64,000 bases of DNA. It comes from an uncultured Bacilli bacterium. Lineage in GTDB: Bacteria; Bacillota_I; Bacilli_A; RFN20; CAG-631. Below the pieces are notes generated by a model. It was not told where the DNA came from. It did no database searches and saw only the letters and a program-made list of their open reading frames with translations. Positions within the stretch are counted from its first letter, which is position 1, and each line of letters begins with the position of its first letter. The stretch is taken from NCBI GenBank assembly GCA_947626825.1, contig CANQTM010000006.1:6757-70756 (forward strand), read 5' to 3'. Both the position numbers and the translations under genes were made by a program. Shown here piece by piece: positions 1 through 9,871 of this stretch.

Positions 1-1259
1 TTATTATCTAAAGCATTATTTATTTCTTGATCTAAAGTCTTAGAAATCATATAAGAAAATTCGCTAACTTCATTACGCATATTAGCTATATAAACAGGAG
101 GCAATTCTTGATTATTTGCTCGATGTCTAATATATACAATTTGATATACACCTTTCATTGCTCTTGCTTTAGTTTCAAAACTTGGAGTAGCACTTCCTAA
201 AACTACTTTGGCATTAAAAAAGTTAGCCCGATAAATAGCAATATCTCTAGCGTGATATGTTGGACTTTGATCTTGTTTATAACTTGTTGATTGTTCTTCA
301 TCTAATATAATTAATCCAATATTTTTTAAAGGAGCAAAAATGGCACTTCTAGCACCAATAACAATTTTTGCTTGACCATTTTTAATTTTATCATATTGAA
401 TCTGTTTTTCTTTAGAGCTTAATGAACCATGCAAAATGGCAATATCAGTAAATCTTTGTTTAAATCTTTGAATTATCATAGGAGTTAATGATATTTCTGG
501 GACTAAAACAATTACGCCTTTTCCTAATGAATGATAATATTCGCAAAGATTCAAATAAACTTCTGTTTTGCCACTTCCTGTAACGCCTTGTAATAAAAAA
601 ACTTGTTTGTTACTATCAATAATTGTTTGATAAGCTTTTTTTTGTTCGTCATTTAAATTATGGAAATTATCTTTTTTTTGATAATCTTTAAAATAATCAT
701 CAGTTACTTTTACAAGTTTAATGTTTACAAGATTATATTTAATTAAAGTATTAACTTGACCAATTGGTAAATCTTTTAATAAAATTCCATTATTATTTTT
801 AATTTTGTCAAGTAATTCAATTTGTTTTGGTTTTAAATTATCATAATTAATATTTTCGTTTATATAAACTTTTTTAAGTTGTTTATATTTGATTTCTTTT
901 AAAGATGTTTTTGCAGGTTTATAAGTTGGAGGTAAAATTGTCTGCAAACAACTAATTAATGGTGCTACATATTCTTTTGACATATATTTTGCCAAATTAA
1001 ATAATTCATTATCCAAAATAGGATTTTCATCTAAAACTTTATAAATGTATTTGTAATTTACATTATCTTTTTGACATAAATTTTCATAACTTAAATCACT
1101 ATGTCTTAGATCAATTACATAACCTACAATATTTTGATGTCCAAAAGGAACATAAACACGACAACCAATAGAAATAGATATATCATCATTGCAAATATAA
1201 AAATATAGATTGTCCATATTTGAAATATGATATTCAATTAATACGGTTAAAATTTTCAT
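1..1259 (-). CDS. priA: Primosomal protein N' (PriA), 5' part, runs off the window edge
   Basis: Not in the ORF track. Manual translation from ATG at 1259 gives MKILTVLIEY...GCRVYVPFGHQ..., Walker A GVTGSGKTEVY, LVPEISLTP, IVIGARSAIFAP, IILDEEQ. RBS GGGGG upstream; follows gmk. Confidence 0.95.
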   Translation of the reverse strand, partial: MKILTVLIEYHISNMDNLYFYICNDDISISIGCRVYVPFGHQNIVGYVIDLRHSDLSYENLCQKDNVNYKYIYKVLDENPILDNELFNLAKYMSKEYVAPLISCLQTILPPTYKPAKTSLKEIKYKQLKKVYINENINYDNLKPKQIELLDKIKNNNGILLKDLPIGQVNTLIKYNLVNIKLVKVTDDYFKDYQKKDNFHNLNDEQKKAYQTIIDSNKQVFLLQGVTGSGKTEVYLNLCEYYHSLGKGVIVLVPEISLTPMIIQRFKQRFTDIAILHGSLSSKEKQIQYDKIKNGQAKIVIGARSAIFAPLKNIGLIILDEEQSTSYKQDQSPTYHARDIAIYRANFFNAKVVLGSATPSFETKARAMKGVYQIVYIRHRANNQELPPVYIANMRNEVSEFSYMISKTLDQEINNALDN

Positions 1260-1287
1260 AATTTCCCCCAACGATAAAAAACGATAA

Positions 1288-1848
1288 TTATTTTGTCATT
1301 TTCAAAATAATATCATGAATAGCTTTACTAGCATTTTCAACAGTATCATTAACTACTAAAAAATTATAATTATCTTTCAAAGACATTTCTTTTTTAGCTT
1401 TTGATAGTCTTTGAGATACAACATCTTCGGATTCGGTTCTTCGACCACGAATTCTTTTTTCAAGTTCTTCAAATGATGGTGGAATCATAAAAATTGTTAT
1501 GGCTTCTGGACATTTTTCCATAACTTGTTTAGCTCCTTGAACTTCAATTTCTAAAAGAACATTTTTTCCTTCTTTTAGTAATTCTTCAACATGTTTTTTA
1601 GGAGTTCCATAGTAATGGCCAACAAATTTGGCATATTCTAAAAATTCATCATTTTTAATGGCCTTTTCAAAATAATCGTTATCAACAAAAAAGTAATGCA
1701 CACCATCAATTTCATTAGAGCGTGGTTTTCTAGTTGTCATAGAAATAGAATAAGTTAGATTTATATCATTATTTGCTAATAATTTTTCTCTAACAGTTCC
1801 TTTTCCAACACCACTTGGACCACTTAAAACAAATAACTTTCCAATCAT
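1288..1848 (-). CDS. gmk: Guanylate kinase
   Basis: GPSGVGKGT P-loop, SMTTRKPR, DGVHYFF, YYGT motifs. Confidence 0.97.
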   Translation of the reverse strand: MIGKLFVLSGPSGVGKGTVREKLLANNDINLTYSISMTTRKPRSNEIDGVHYFFVDNDYFEKAIKNDEFLEYAKFVGHYYGTPKKHVEELLKEGKNVLLEIEVQGAKQVMEKCPEAITIFMIPPSFEELEKRIRGRRTESEDVVSQRLSKAKKEMSLKDNYNFLVVNDTVENASKAIHDIILKMTK

Positions 1849-2041
1849 ATGAGTGCCTTTCTAAAAAAGTAAATATTTCCAATATTTACATTTTTAAATA
1901 TTATATCATTTCTCTGTAAAGATGTAAATTTAATGTAAAAAAATATTCTTTTTTAAATTTGCTATTATTGATAATATTTTCTAGTAAATAGAATTGAAAT
2001 TGTTTATAATAAATTTGATTTTAAATATTGGAGATTATTTT

Positions 2042-3631
2042 ATGGCTTTAGATTATTTAACTTTTCAAAGGATCATTACGTTATTAAAAGAAATATTAGA
2101 AAATGGTCGTATTGTAAAAATTAGTCAAGTTTCAAATGAAGAATTTTTATTTATAATTCGAAAAGAAAATCAAAATTATGATTTGCTTATTTCAACACAT
2201 CCCAATATGAGTTATATAAATATTTTATCAAACAAAATAGCAAGTAATCATATCAACAGCAATTTATTGATGATTTTTAGAAAATATTTAGACAATGGTA
2301 AAATAATTTCGTTTACTCAGCAAAATAATGATAGAATAGCTAAAGTTATAGTTCAAAATAAAGATGATTATTTTAAAAATACTATACATAAACTTTACAT
2401 TGAATTAATCGGAAGAGCTTCAAATATAATTTTAACTGATGAAAACGACATAATTATTGATTCATTGAAAAAAATACCTTTAGAATATAGTAATATAAGA
2501 ACAATTCAACCAGGTATTAAATATACCCTTCCAGATAAGCCAAACGAAGAAAGTTTACCATATGATCTTCAAAATGAAATAAATTATTTAAATTGCGATT
2601 ATAATGAAATTAAAGATAAAATCCTTGAATCTAACGACATTTATATTGTGACTAAAGATAATAAAAGCGATTTTCATTTTATCCCATTTACTTACTTGAA
2701 TGGTCATATAGAAAAATATCAATGGAATATTGGACTGGAAAAATATTATGAAAATGCACTAAGTCAAGAACGTCATCGTCAATTCACTTCACAACTAGTA
2801 AAAATTGCTAAAAATGAGATTAAAAGAAGCGAAAAGAAAATAAAAAAATTACAAGAAGAATTGCAAATATCAAAAGAATCAACTATCTATAAATATTATG
2901 GTGATTTACTTTTAACATATCTTCAAGGTCAAAATATTCATACAGATAAAGTTGAAATTTTTGATGAAGAAAAAAACACTAATGTTGTTATACCATATGA
3001 CATTCGTTATGATTTATATCACAATGCTAATTTATATTATAAAAAATATCAAAAATCAAAGGTTGCCATCTTAAAAATTCAAGAGCAAATTGATTTATGT
3101 CAAGATAATATTGAATATTTTAATGGTATCTTATATCAATTAGACAATGCTAATTATTTAATTGCTACTGAAATTCAAGAAGAACTAACAAATCTTGGAT
3201 ATATTAAATCAAAAAATAATTATAAAAATCATAAAAATAATTCAAAAAAAATAAAACCAAAAATTTACAAACCACTAACCATTAAATATAAAAACATTAT
3301 AATTTATGTTGGGCAAAATAATTTGCAAAATGAATATTTAACTTTTAAGATTGCCAAAAAAACTCACATGTTTTTTCACATTCAACAAGGTGCTGGATCC
3401 CATGTTGTTGTTTGTAGTGATGTAATTGATGATAATTTAAAATTATTTGCTGCAAATATTGCTGCTTACTATTCTACATATAAGATGTCATCAACAGTGG
3501 CAGTTAATTATACATTAATCAAAAACATAAAAAAAATACCTGGTGGAAAACCAGGAAAAGTAATTATTAACAATTATAAAACTATTTATGTTGATCCAAA
3601 TTATGATTTATTTAAAGATTATATAGTTTAA
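2042..3631 (+). CDS. rqcH: NFACT family ribosome quality-control protein RqcH (FbpA/PavA)
   Basis: MALDYL start after GGAG RBS (track starts at 1994); LYIELIGRASNIIL, YVGQNNLQNEYLT, FFHIQQGAGSHVV, KKIPGGKPGKV motifs. Confidence 0.9.
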   Translation: MALDYLTFQRIITLLKEILENGRIVKISQVSNEEFLFIIRKENQNYDLLISTHPNMSYINILSNKIASNHINSNLLMIFRKYLDNGKIISFTQQNNDRIAKVIVQNKDDYFKNTIHKLYIELIGRASNIILTDENDIIIDSLKKIPLEYSNIRTIQPGIKYTLPDKPNEESLPYDLQNEINYLNCDYNEIKDKILESNDIYIVTKDNKSDFHFIPFTYLNGHIEKYQWNIGLEKYYENALSQERHRQFTSQLVKIAKNEIKRSEKKIKKLQEELQISKESTIYKYYGDLLLTYLQGQNIHTDKVEIFDEEKNTNVVIPYDIRYDLYHNANLYYKKYQKSKVAILKIQEQIDLCQDNIEYFNGILYQLDNANYLIATEIQEELTNLGYIKSKNNYKNHKNNSKKIKPKIYKPLTIKYKNIIIYVGQNNLQNEYLTFKIAKKTHMFFHIQQGAGSHVVVCSDVIDDNLKLFAANIAAYYSTYKMSSTVAVNYTLIKNIKKIPGGKPGKVIINNYKTIYVDPNYDLFKDYIV

Positions 3632-3660
3632 AAATTCCAGAACAAAATCTGGAATTTTTT
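3631..3660. terminator. Bidirectional intrinsic terminator between rqcH and the convergent cotD-like gene
   Basis: AAAATTCCAGA-acaaaa-TCTGGAATTTT with A and T tracts on either side. Confidence 0.85.
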
Positions 3661-3672
3661 TGAAAATATGTT

Positions 3673-3912
3673 TTAACGTGTCATTGTTGAATTGTTTCCA
3701 TGGCAAATGTTTTCCATTGAAGTTGTTCTTGAAACTTGATATACATATCTTGGTACATAATGATTAACGATATGATTTCTTACTGGGATAATAACTGGTT
3801 GATTATAGCAATAAGTACAATGAGTACAAACAACTCTTTCAGGACAAACTATTGGAGTAACATTACATGGACAACCACAACCACTATTGGCATATGTTGT
3901 ATTATTATTCAT
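3673..3912 (-). CDS. Small Cys/His-rich spore coat protein, CotD-like
   Basis: PIVCPERVVCTH...PVIIPVRNHIVNHYVPRYVY resembles the CotD pattern; AAGGAGG RBS; next to yjcZ-like genes. Confidence 0.65.
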   Translation of the reverse strand: MNNNTTYANSGCGCPCNVTPIVCPERVVCTHCTYCYNQPVIIPVRNHIVNHYVPRYVYQVSRTTSMENICHGNNSTMTR

Positions 3913-3931
3913 AAAAACCTCCTTGAAAATG

Positions 3932-3965
3932 ATAAGGACTATAGTGGATTGCTATAGTCCCTTAT
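3932..3965. other. Strong intercistronic stem-loop in the sporulation mini-operon (mRNA stabiliser or partial terminator)
   Basis: ATAAGGACTATAG-tggattg-CTATAGTCCCTTAT, no long U tract. Confidence 0.55.
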
Positions 3966-3972
3966 ATTTATA

Positions 3973-4071
3973 TTAAACAGCCCACCAAGCACCGATGATT
4001 ACAAGTAAAATAAATAAAACTAGGAATAAAGCGAAACCGCCACCACCGCAATTACCATTTTGTAAAAACAT
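3973..4071 (-). CDS. YjcZ/SscA family small sporulation protein (32 aa)
   Basis: Missed by the ORF track. MFLQNGNCGGGGFALFLVLFILLVIIGAWWAV; GGGAGG RBS; family motif FALxxVLFILLVIIG. Confidence 0.9.
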   Translation of the reverse strand: MFLQNGNCGGGGFALFLVLFILLVIIGAWWAV

Positions 4072-4123
4072 GATTGTATCCTCCCTTCTTTTTAAAATTA
4101 AAAGACTATATAAGGAAATCTAT

Positions 4124-4267
4124 TTAGTATAGATAAATTGAACCGATAATAACGAGTAAAATAAATAAAACTAAGATTAGAACAAAACTTGTACTGAAAC
4201 TACCACTATTGCCATTGCAGCATGTTGGTGTTGGAGTAACAGTTTGACATCCACATTGGTTGTTCAT
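4124..4267 (-). CDS. YjcZ/SscA family small sporulation protein (47 aa)
   Basis: MNNQCGC...SFVLILVLFILLVIIGSIYLY; AAGGAGG RBS before ATG at 4267 (track start 4306 is upstream of the RBS). Confidence 0.85.
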   Translation of the reverse strand: MNNQCGCQTVTPTPTCCNGNSGSFSTSFVLILVLFILLVIIGSIYLY

Positions 4268-4288
4268 AATTTCCCTCCTTTTCAATAT

Positions 4289-4316
4289 TATATTATGAGA
4301 GAACAAAAAAAAGGTG
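4289..4316 (-). promoter_or_regulatory. Putative sigma-K (late mother-cell) promoter
   Basis: Minus strand reads CAC-16 nt-CATAATATA, matching the AC-N16/17-CATANNNTA consensus, upstream of the yjcZ/cotD-like genes. Confidence 0.55.
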
Positions 4317-4328
4317 CATATAGCACCT
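4305..4328 (-). terminator. Intrinsic terminator of the HU-like gene
   Basis: AGGTGC-tatat-GCACCT followed by a T run on the minus strand. Confidence 0.75.
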
Positions 4329-4348
4329 AATTTAACTTGATAACTTTA

Positions 4349-5008
4349 TTATCTTAAAATAATAAAATCAAATGTAGAATTTTCTTCTTTAACTTCACAA
4401 GTTGTTTTGCCGTTTTTTCTCATTGTATCTTTAACAACATCTAATGCTTTGTTAATGTCTACATCAGAAAAAGCAGTTCTTTGTCTTAAAAGTTGTTTAA
4501 TGTTGCTTGTTGAACATGTTTTACCTTCATATAACCATTTGAAATCATCATCAGTAACTTCTTCAGCAGGTTCTTCTTGTGTTTGTTCGCTAACTTCTTC
4601 AACTGGTTCTTCTTCAGCAACTGGAGTTTCATCAACAACTTCTTCTGTGGCTGTTTCTTCAGTAACTGTTTCTTCAGTAACTTCTTCAACAGTTGGAACA
4701 ATTTCTTCTTCTTCTGCCATTTCTACATCAATTGGTTCTGGTTTAGGATCAATTTCAAAATAAGGTTTAAAAGTTAGAACATTGTGTTCAGGAACGATTT
4801 CAGCTTGATGAGTAATAAGATTAATTTGTTCTTTTGCAGCTGTTTTTCTTAGTTTTAGAACACCAAAACCAGAAATTTTGATAGGTTCATCAACACTAAT
4901 TTGTTCTCTCATGTAGTCAAATGTGCAATCGTAGAAAATTTTAGCTTCTTTTCTTGAACAACCAGTTTTTGCAACAATAACGTCAATCCATTCTTTTTGC
5001 TTCAACAT
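4349..5008 (-). CDS. HU/IHF family DNA-binding protein with acidic linker and C-terminal extension
   Basis: N-terminal AKTGCSRKEA...IKISGFGVLKLR...LTFKP, then a Glu-rich linker of about 70 aa. Confidence 0.8.
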   Translation of the reverse strand: MLKQKEWIDVIVAKTGCSRKEAKIFYDCTFDYMREQISVDEPIKISGFGVLKLRKTAAKEQINLITHQAEIVPEHNVLTFKPYFEIDPKPEPIDVEMAEEEEIVPTVEEVTEETVTEETATEEVVDETPVAEEEPVEEVSEQTQEEPAEEVTDDDFKWLYEGKTCSTSNIKQLLRQRTAFSDVDINKALDVVKDTMRKNGKTTCEVKEENSTFDFIILR

Positions 5009-5277
5009 TAGAAATTTCCTCTCTTTTTTTAATTTTCTACCTCACTATAACACCTTTTTTTATTAAATGCAATACTTTTTACAACTTTTTTTCGAGTAAT
5101 GCAATACTTTTTTAAAAAATTAGTCTTTTGAAAACAAAAAACAGGGCAATAATTGATTTTGGAGGTATATAATAAATATTATATAAATGTGCTTTAAAAA
5201 ATATTTTTTTGTTGAAAAGAGATTATAACTGCGCTATAATATAAAACGCAATGTTAAAAAAGGAGGCTTTTCATTAT

Positions 5278-7299
5278 ATGAAAAAGAAACTGACAGTTGC
5301 AACAATGTTACTTGCTACATCCTTAATTGCTGCAGGATGTGATAGTTCATCTGTTGACTACAAAGAAAACGAAAATGGTCAGTCAATTATCTTCACATTA
5401 AAAGATGGTGACAAAGTTATTGAAGAATATACTGCTGATGATTTACTAAAAGAATTACAAGATAACTCTTCAGCTACATCTAGACTTTATAGTGAAATTT
5501 CAAGAAAAGTATTTGCTCAATATGCAAAAGACACTTTAGATGAAAATAAAATTGAAGACATTAGATCAGATGCTGAAGATGAAGTAGAAGATTTTAAAAA
5601 TGACTGTAGCACTAATGCTAAATCACAAGGGGTTGACTATGATACTTATCTTGAGCAACAACTTGCTAGTAGAGGTGTTGAAACATTAGAAGAACTTGAA
5701 GCTTTAGAATTTGATGAAGGTTTGAAAGAAGAAGTTCTTGAAGATTATGTCAAAAACGATGGCCACTATAACTATTTCTTACAAGAATATCTAAAAACAT
5801 ATACTCCATTTCAGGTTAAACATGTTTTAGTTGCAGCAAACACAGCAGATACAAAATTTAAAGATGGAACAATGACAACTGATAATGCTAGAAAATTATT
5901 AAATGTCATGAATCGTTTTAAAGATGGAGAATCATTTGCATCCGTAGCTGAACTTACTGATGATACATCAAGTAAAGATAATGGTGGTATTATGCCATTT
6001 AATCAAGCACAAGATTATGTTGCAGAATTTAGATTTGCAACTTATGCTCAAGAAATTTTTAAACTTGATGCAAGTAATGTAAACCTTTTAGATAGTTCAA
6101 ATGAAGCAGATCAAAAGAAACTATTTAACCAAAGATATAAAATTGCCAAAGATTTGCATATTGTAAATGTCGATGATGAAGTAGAAGAAGAAAAAAAGAA
6201 AGAAGAATTCAAAAAATCTGAATTATATTCTGTTTATGAAAATGGTATGACTGCTATTAATTTTTCAGACATTATGAAGTTAAATGACAAAGTTACTGAT
6301 ACTATGGCAGGAGCATACAATTATTTCACAGATGGTACTCCAAAAGGAAATGATATTCCTACAATTGCTGAACAACCATATGAAATGAATGTTAATAAAT
6401 ATAATGATGATGGTGAATTAAACCCTAAATATTATGAAGAATATGAACTTGAAAGAAATCAAATTTTCAACAAGACATTAAATTCTCATAAAGTTCAATA
6501 TATTAAACTTGATGATGCTGAATTGACTAAAAATGCTCATAGCACAGAAGTTTATATTGGTAAAGAGCCAACTAAAGTTTTAGCTGATGAAGATGGAAAT
6601 CCAATTTTCTTTGCATTAGCATCAACAGGTATTCATTTTATGGCAATGGTATGGAATAGTTATAATCCAACATCAGTTAGTTTAAAAAATGAAGTTAAAG
6701 AATCATTAGCTAATATTATTTTAGAAAACAATACTGAAATTACAAAACCTAGTACTGATGATGGAACTGGTGCAAACTTATATAACGCTGTTAAACAATA
6801 TTATGAAGACAAAGAAGACAAAGGTGAAAATGGACTTAAAGAATTTGATCAAGAACTAAATAATGCTTACTTTACTTTATATAACAATGATGATAAAGAT
6901 TTAGAAAAATACAAATATACATATATTGGTAGAAACAATGCTTACATTTCTAAATCATCAACACAAAGCAATAGTAATTCATTATTAAGTGACATTACAT
7001 CATATGCTTCATCATTAGAATATTATTTATTTAATGCAATTGTTTTCCCTGTTGATGTTGTTGATGGAAAAAATATATTCAATGATATTTTAGCATCAAA
7101 ACATTATGATATTTCATTCTATGATGCTTCATTAAAAGATGCAGTAAAAGATTATGTTCAAGATACAATATCTTCAACTGATGATTCATTTACATCATCT
7201 GTTGAATCAGCAGCAGAAACATATGGTTCTAAACTTGCCCGTGAACAAGAAGTCAAAGATTCAATGGAAAATTGGATGTTTGAAAATAAAAAAGCTTAA
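5278..7299 (+). CDS. Lipoprotein with parvulin-type PPIase domain (PrsA-like foldase), long form
   Basis: Lipobox IAAG-C; VKHVLVA...GESFASVAELTDDTSSKDNGG...YVAEF parvulin motif; GGAGG RBS. Confidence 0.7.
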   Translation: MKKKLTVATMLLATSLIAAGCDSSSVDYKENENGQSIIFTLKDGDKVIEEYTADDLLKELQDNSSATSRLYSEISRKVFAQYAKDTLDENKIEDIRSDAEDEVEDFKNDCSTNAKSQGVDYDTYLEQQLASRGVETLEELEALEFDEGLKEEVLEDYVKNDGHYNYFLQEYLKTYTPFQVKHVLVAANTADTKFKDGTMTTDNARKLLNVMNRFKDGESFASVAELTDDTSSKDNGGIMPFNQAQDYVAEFRFATYAQEIFKLDASNVNLLDSSNEADQKKLFNQRYKIAKDLHIVNVDDEVEEEKKKEEFKKSELYSVYENGMTAINFSDIMKLNDKVTDTMAGAYNYFTDGTPKGNDIPTIAEQPYEMNVNKYNDDGELNPKYYEEYELERNQIFNKTLNSHKVQYIKLDDAELTKNAHSTEVYIGKEPTKVLADEDGNPIFFALASTGIHFMAMVWNSYNPTSVSLKNEVKESLANIILENNTEITKPSTDDGTGANLYNAVKQYYEDKEDKGENGLKEFDQELNNAYFTLYNNDDKDLEKYKYTYIGRNNAYISKSSTQSNSNSLLSDITSYASSLEYYLFNAIVFPVDVVDGKNIFNDILASKHYDISFYDASLKDAVKDYVQDTISSTDDSFTSSVESAAETYGSKLAREQEVKDSMENWMFENKKA

Positions 7300-7311
7300 T
7301 TAAAGGAGGAA

Positions 7312-9189
7312 ATGAAAATGAAAAGAAATAAATTATTAATTTTATCTTTATTAGCATGTACTCTTTTAGTTGGCTGTAATGAAGGATCACATATTAAAGA
7401 TGGTTCAAATTTTGTTGGACAAGTTGGTAATGGTGATCAAACTATCGATACAGAATTAAATTTACAAAAATTTTATGAAACTTTAAAAACTTCATCAGGT
7501 GGTTCTGTTGCAGTACAAACATTATTAGAAAAACTTGCAAGTTATGAATATAGTGATGAATTCTTAGCAGCAACACATGATACATTTAATGTTAAAAATT
7601 ATCATACAACTGATACATTGAAAAAAGATATCGAAAAAGTATTTCAAGATATTGTTGATGGTACAACATATTTAGATGAAGATGGTAATTTTGATCCTGA
7701 TGCTTTTAGAGATTATGTTACTGAAACTTTAGATTATGAAGTATCAACAGAAACAAAAACTAGTTCTAATTATATTGGCGATTCTGAATTAAGAGATAAA
7801 TTAGTTTATAATTATGATGAATATATTGAAGATTCAATTAAACCAAGTGCATTAATTGATTATATTTATCAAGATTATGTTACTAGTTCAACAAAATATA
7901 AAAGCCAATTTACAAACCAATATGCTGTTAGACTTGAAGTATTAAAATTAGATTATGATACTACAAAATTAAATGGTTCTTGGAATGAAAAATTAATTAA
8001 AGATGTTAAAGCTATTACTAAAAATCAAGTTAGTGAATTTGGTACAGATTATTCATTTGTTACTTTCAATTCAGATAATCAAATGATAGTATTTACAACA
8101 ACTAGCGATAAATTATCTTATGAAGTTTATGATTTAGATGAAGCAAATGTTGAAAAATATGTTCCAGCTTATGAAACTTTAGATGGTGATAAAACTCAAT
8201 TTGATCAATGGGATATCACAGATCTTAATAGTGACGATGCTCAAACAGTTAATTCATTAAAAATTGCTGATAAGAAAGTCGCATCTAAATCTTGGGAAAT
8301 CACAACTAGTTCTACTTCTAATGGTGAATTCTATAAACATATTGAAGATGTTTTGATTGCTCGTAAATTATGGAAAATTGATTATGAAGTAATTCTTGCT
8401 AAAAATTATGACTTTAAAACAGCAAAATATAATGCTATGACTGAAACTGAAAAAACTGAAGCTCAAGGTTTCTCTAGCACATATTCAAGCTCTAATACTA
8501 AACCAATTAAAGAAGTAACAAAACAAAATAAAATAACTGCTCAACAAGCAAAATATTATAGTGAGCCAGATTATTATACTAGAAGTACTTATACAAATGT
8601 ATTACCTACAGCTTTATCTTCATTAAGAGGTACTTCTGCTAAAGATTTAATGTCTCATTTAGTAACATTTAAAGAAGGCGCTGCTGATAGTGGAGCAATC
8701 TATAATGAAAATGATTTAGAAGTTGCAACTTCTAGAGTTGATAATTATTTCTTATTACCAAATGGTGATTCTGCTACAGACCCTGTTTATTTGGATACAA
8801 GTTCTAATACTTATTATATTTGTGAAGTGTCTTCATGGTATGGGCTATATAGAACAAATGATCCATTAAAATCTAATGCTGCAACTAAAACAGTTTCTAA
8901 TTATCAAATCGAATCTTACCAAGCTGGTAAAATGGAAACTTGGAAATTAGATAATAATAGTTATGTTAAAGCTGGAGATGACATTCTTTATAGTAATAAT
9001 CCTGATTCAAGAGCTAAATTTGAAGATGTTATTGAATTAGTTCAATTATCTGCAGATAATATTCTAACTGATGCTATGAGAAAAGAAGCAGTTGTTGCTT
9101 TATTTGAAAAATATCAATTAGAAATTAATGATCAAGATATTTATGATTATGTATTAGATCAATATCCTGATTATTTTGGAGAAGATTAA
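7312..9189 (+). CDS. Uncharacterised acidic lipoprotein, co-transcribed with the PrsA-like gene
   Basis: Lipobox LLVG-C; AAGGAGG RBS; no catalytic motif recognised. Confidence 0.7.
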   Translation: MKMKRNKLLILSLLACTLLVGCNEGSHIKDGSNFVGQVGNGDQTIDTELNLQKFYETLKTSSGGSVAVQTLLEKLASYEYSDEFLAATHDTFNVKNYHTTDTLKKDIEKVFQDIVDGTTYLDEDGNFDPDAFRDYVTETLDYEVSTETKTSSNYIGDSELRDKLVYNYDEYIEDSIKPSALIDYIYQDYVTSSTKYKSQFTNQYAVRLEVLKLDYDTTKLNGSWNEKLIKDVKAITKNQVSEFGTDYSFVTFNSDNQMIVFTTTSDKLSYEVYDLDEANVEKYVPAYETLDGDKTQFDQWDITDLNSDDAQTVNSLKIADKKVASKSWEITTSSTSNGEFYKHIEDVLIARKLWKIDYEVILAKNYDFKTAKYNAMTETEKTEAQGFSSTYSSSNTKPIKEVTKQNKITAQQAKYYSEPDYYTRSTYTNVLPTALSSLRGTSAKDLMSHLVTFKEGAADSGAIYNENDLEVATSRVDNYFLLPNGDSATDPVYLDTSSNTYYICEVSSWYGLYRTNDPLKSNAATKTVSNYQIESYQAGKMETWKLDNNSYVKAGDDILYSNNPDSRAKFEDVIELVQLSADNILTDAMRKEAVVALFEKYQLEINDQDIYDYVLDQYPDYFGED

Positions 9190-9202
9190 TTTATTGTTTA
9201 TT

Positions 9203-9238
9203 AAAACATCAAAGTCATAACTGGCTTTGATGTTTTTT
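9203..9238 (+). terminator. Intrinsic terminator
   Basis: AAAACATCAAAGTCA-taac-TGGCTTTGATGTTTTTT. Confidence 0.85.
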
Positions 9239-9254
9239 AAAAGGAGAGAGACTC

Positions 9255-9815
9255 ATGGAAACAACAAATAGAAATAATGTAATTTTATTTTGGAATATTT
9301 TAATATCTATAATTGGTATTATTTTAGGTATTATATTTATTTTTGCTGATCCTGAAGATATTTTAAAAATTGCTGGTATTATCTTAGGTATTTATTTAAT
9401 TTTTAATGGAGTATTAATATTTTTATCTTCAACAATTCAAACTACTTTAATGGAAAAATATAATAATATGATAATATCTATTATATTATTCATATTAGGC
9501 ATATTGTTATTATTTGTTCATCATTATGTATTTTCAATTGTTGCTGGAATCTTTTTGATTATCATTCCAATTTATCGTATTATTGCTAATCATCAACATT
9601 TTGAAACATTTAAAAAAGAAATTGTTCATTTAGTATTAGGTGCAATTTTGATTTTCTGTGGCATTAATACTTTAACTAAAATTATTTTTTACATTTTAGG
9701 TGGTTTAGTTATCTTACTTAGTATTGTTTATTTAATTTTCTTTTTAATTAATTATTTTAAAGCAAAACATTTAATTAAGAAAAAAGAACAAGAAAATAGT
9801 GTCATAGATGTATAA
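9255..9815 (+). CDS. HdeD/DUF308 family multi-pass membrane protein
   Basis: About six TM helices with repeated G-I-x-x-I-x-x-G pattern. Confidence 0.65.
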   Translation: METTNRNNVILFWNILISIIGIILGIIFIFADPEDILKIAGIILGIYLIFNGVLIFLSSTIQTTLMEKYNNMIISIILFILGILLLFVHHYVFSIVAGIFLIIIPIYRIIANHQHFETFKKEIVHLVLGAILIFCGINTLTKIIFYILGGLVILLSIVYLIFFLINYFKAKHLIKKKEQENSVIDV

Positions 9816-9871
9816 TTTTATTGCTAAAAATTTTTAAACATATATAATTATATTGTAGTGGAGGAGAATTT

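Noticed and set aside
4407-4777. Shadow ORFs over the HU gene, and similar short overlapping ORFs elsewhere (e.g. 3736, 13083, 16526, 22353, 30237, 34400, 35672, 54959, 60119, 60633)
   Set aside because: Antisense or off-frame to well-supported genes, low complexity, no convincing RBS or motifs
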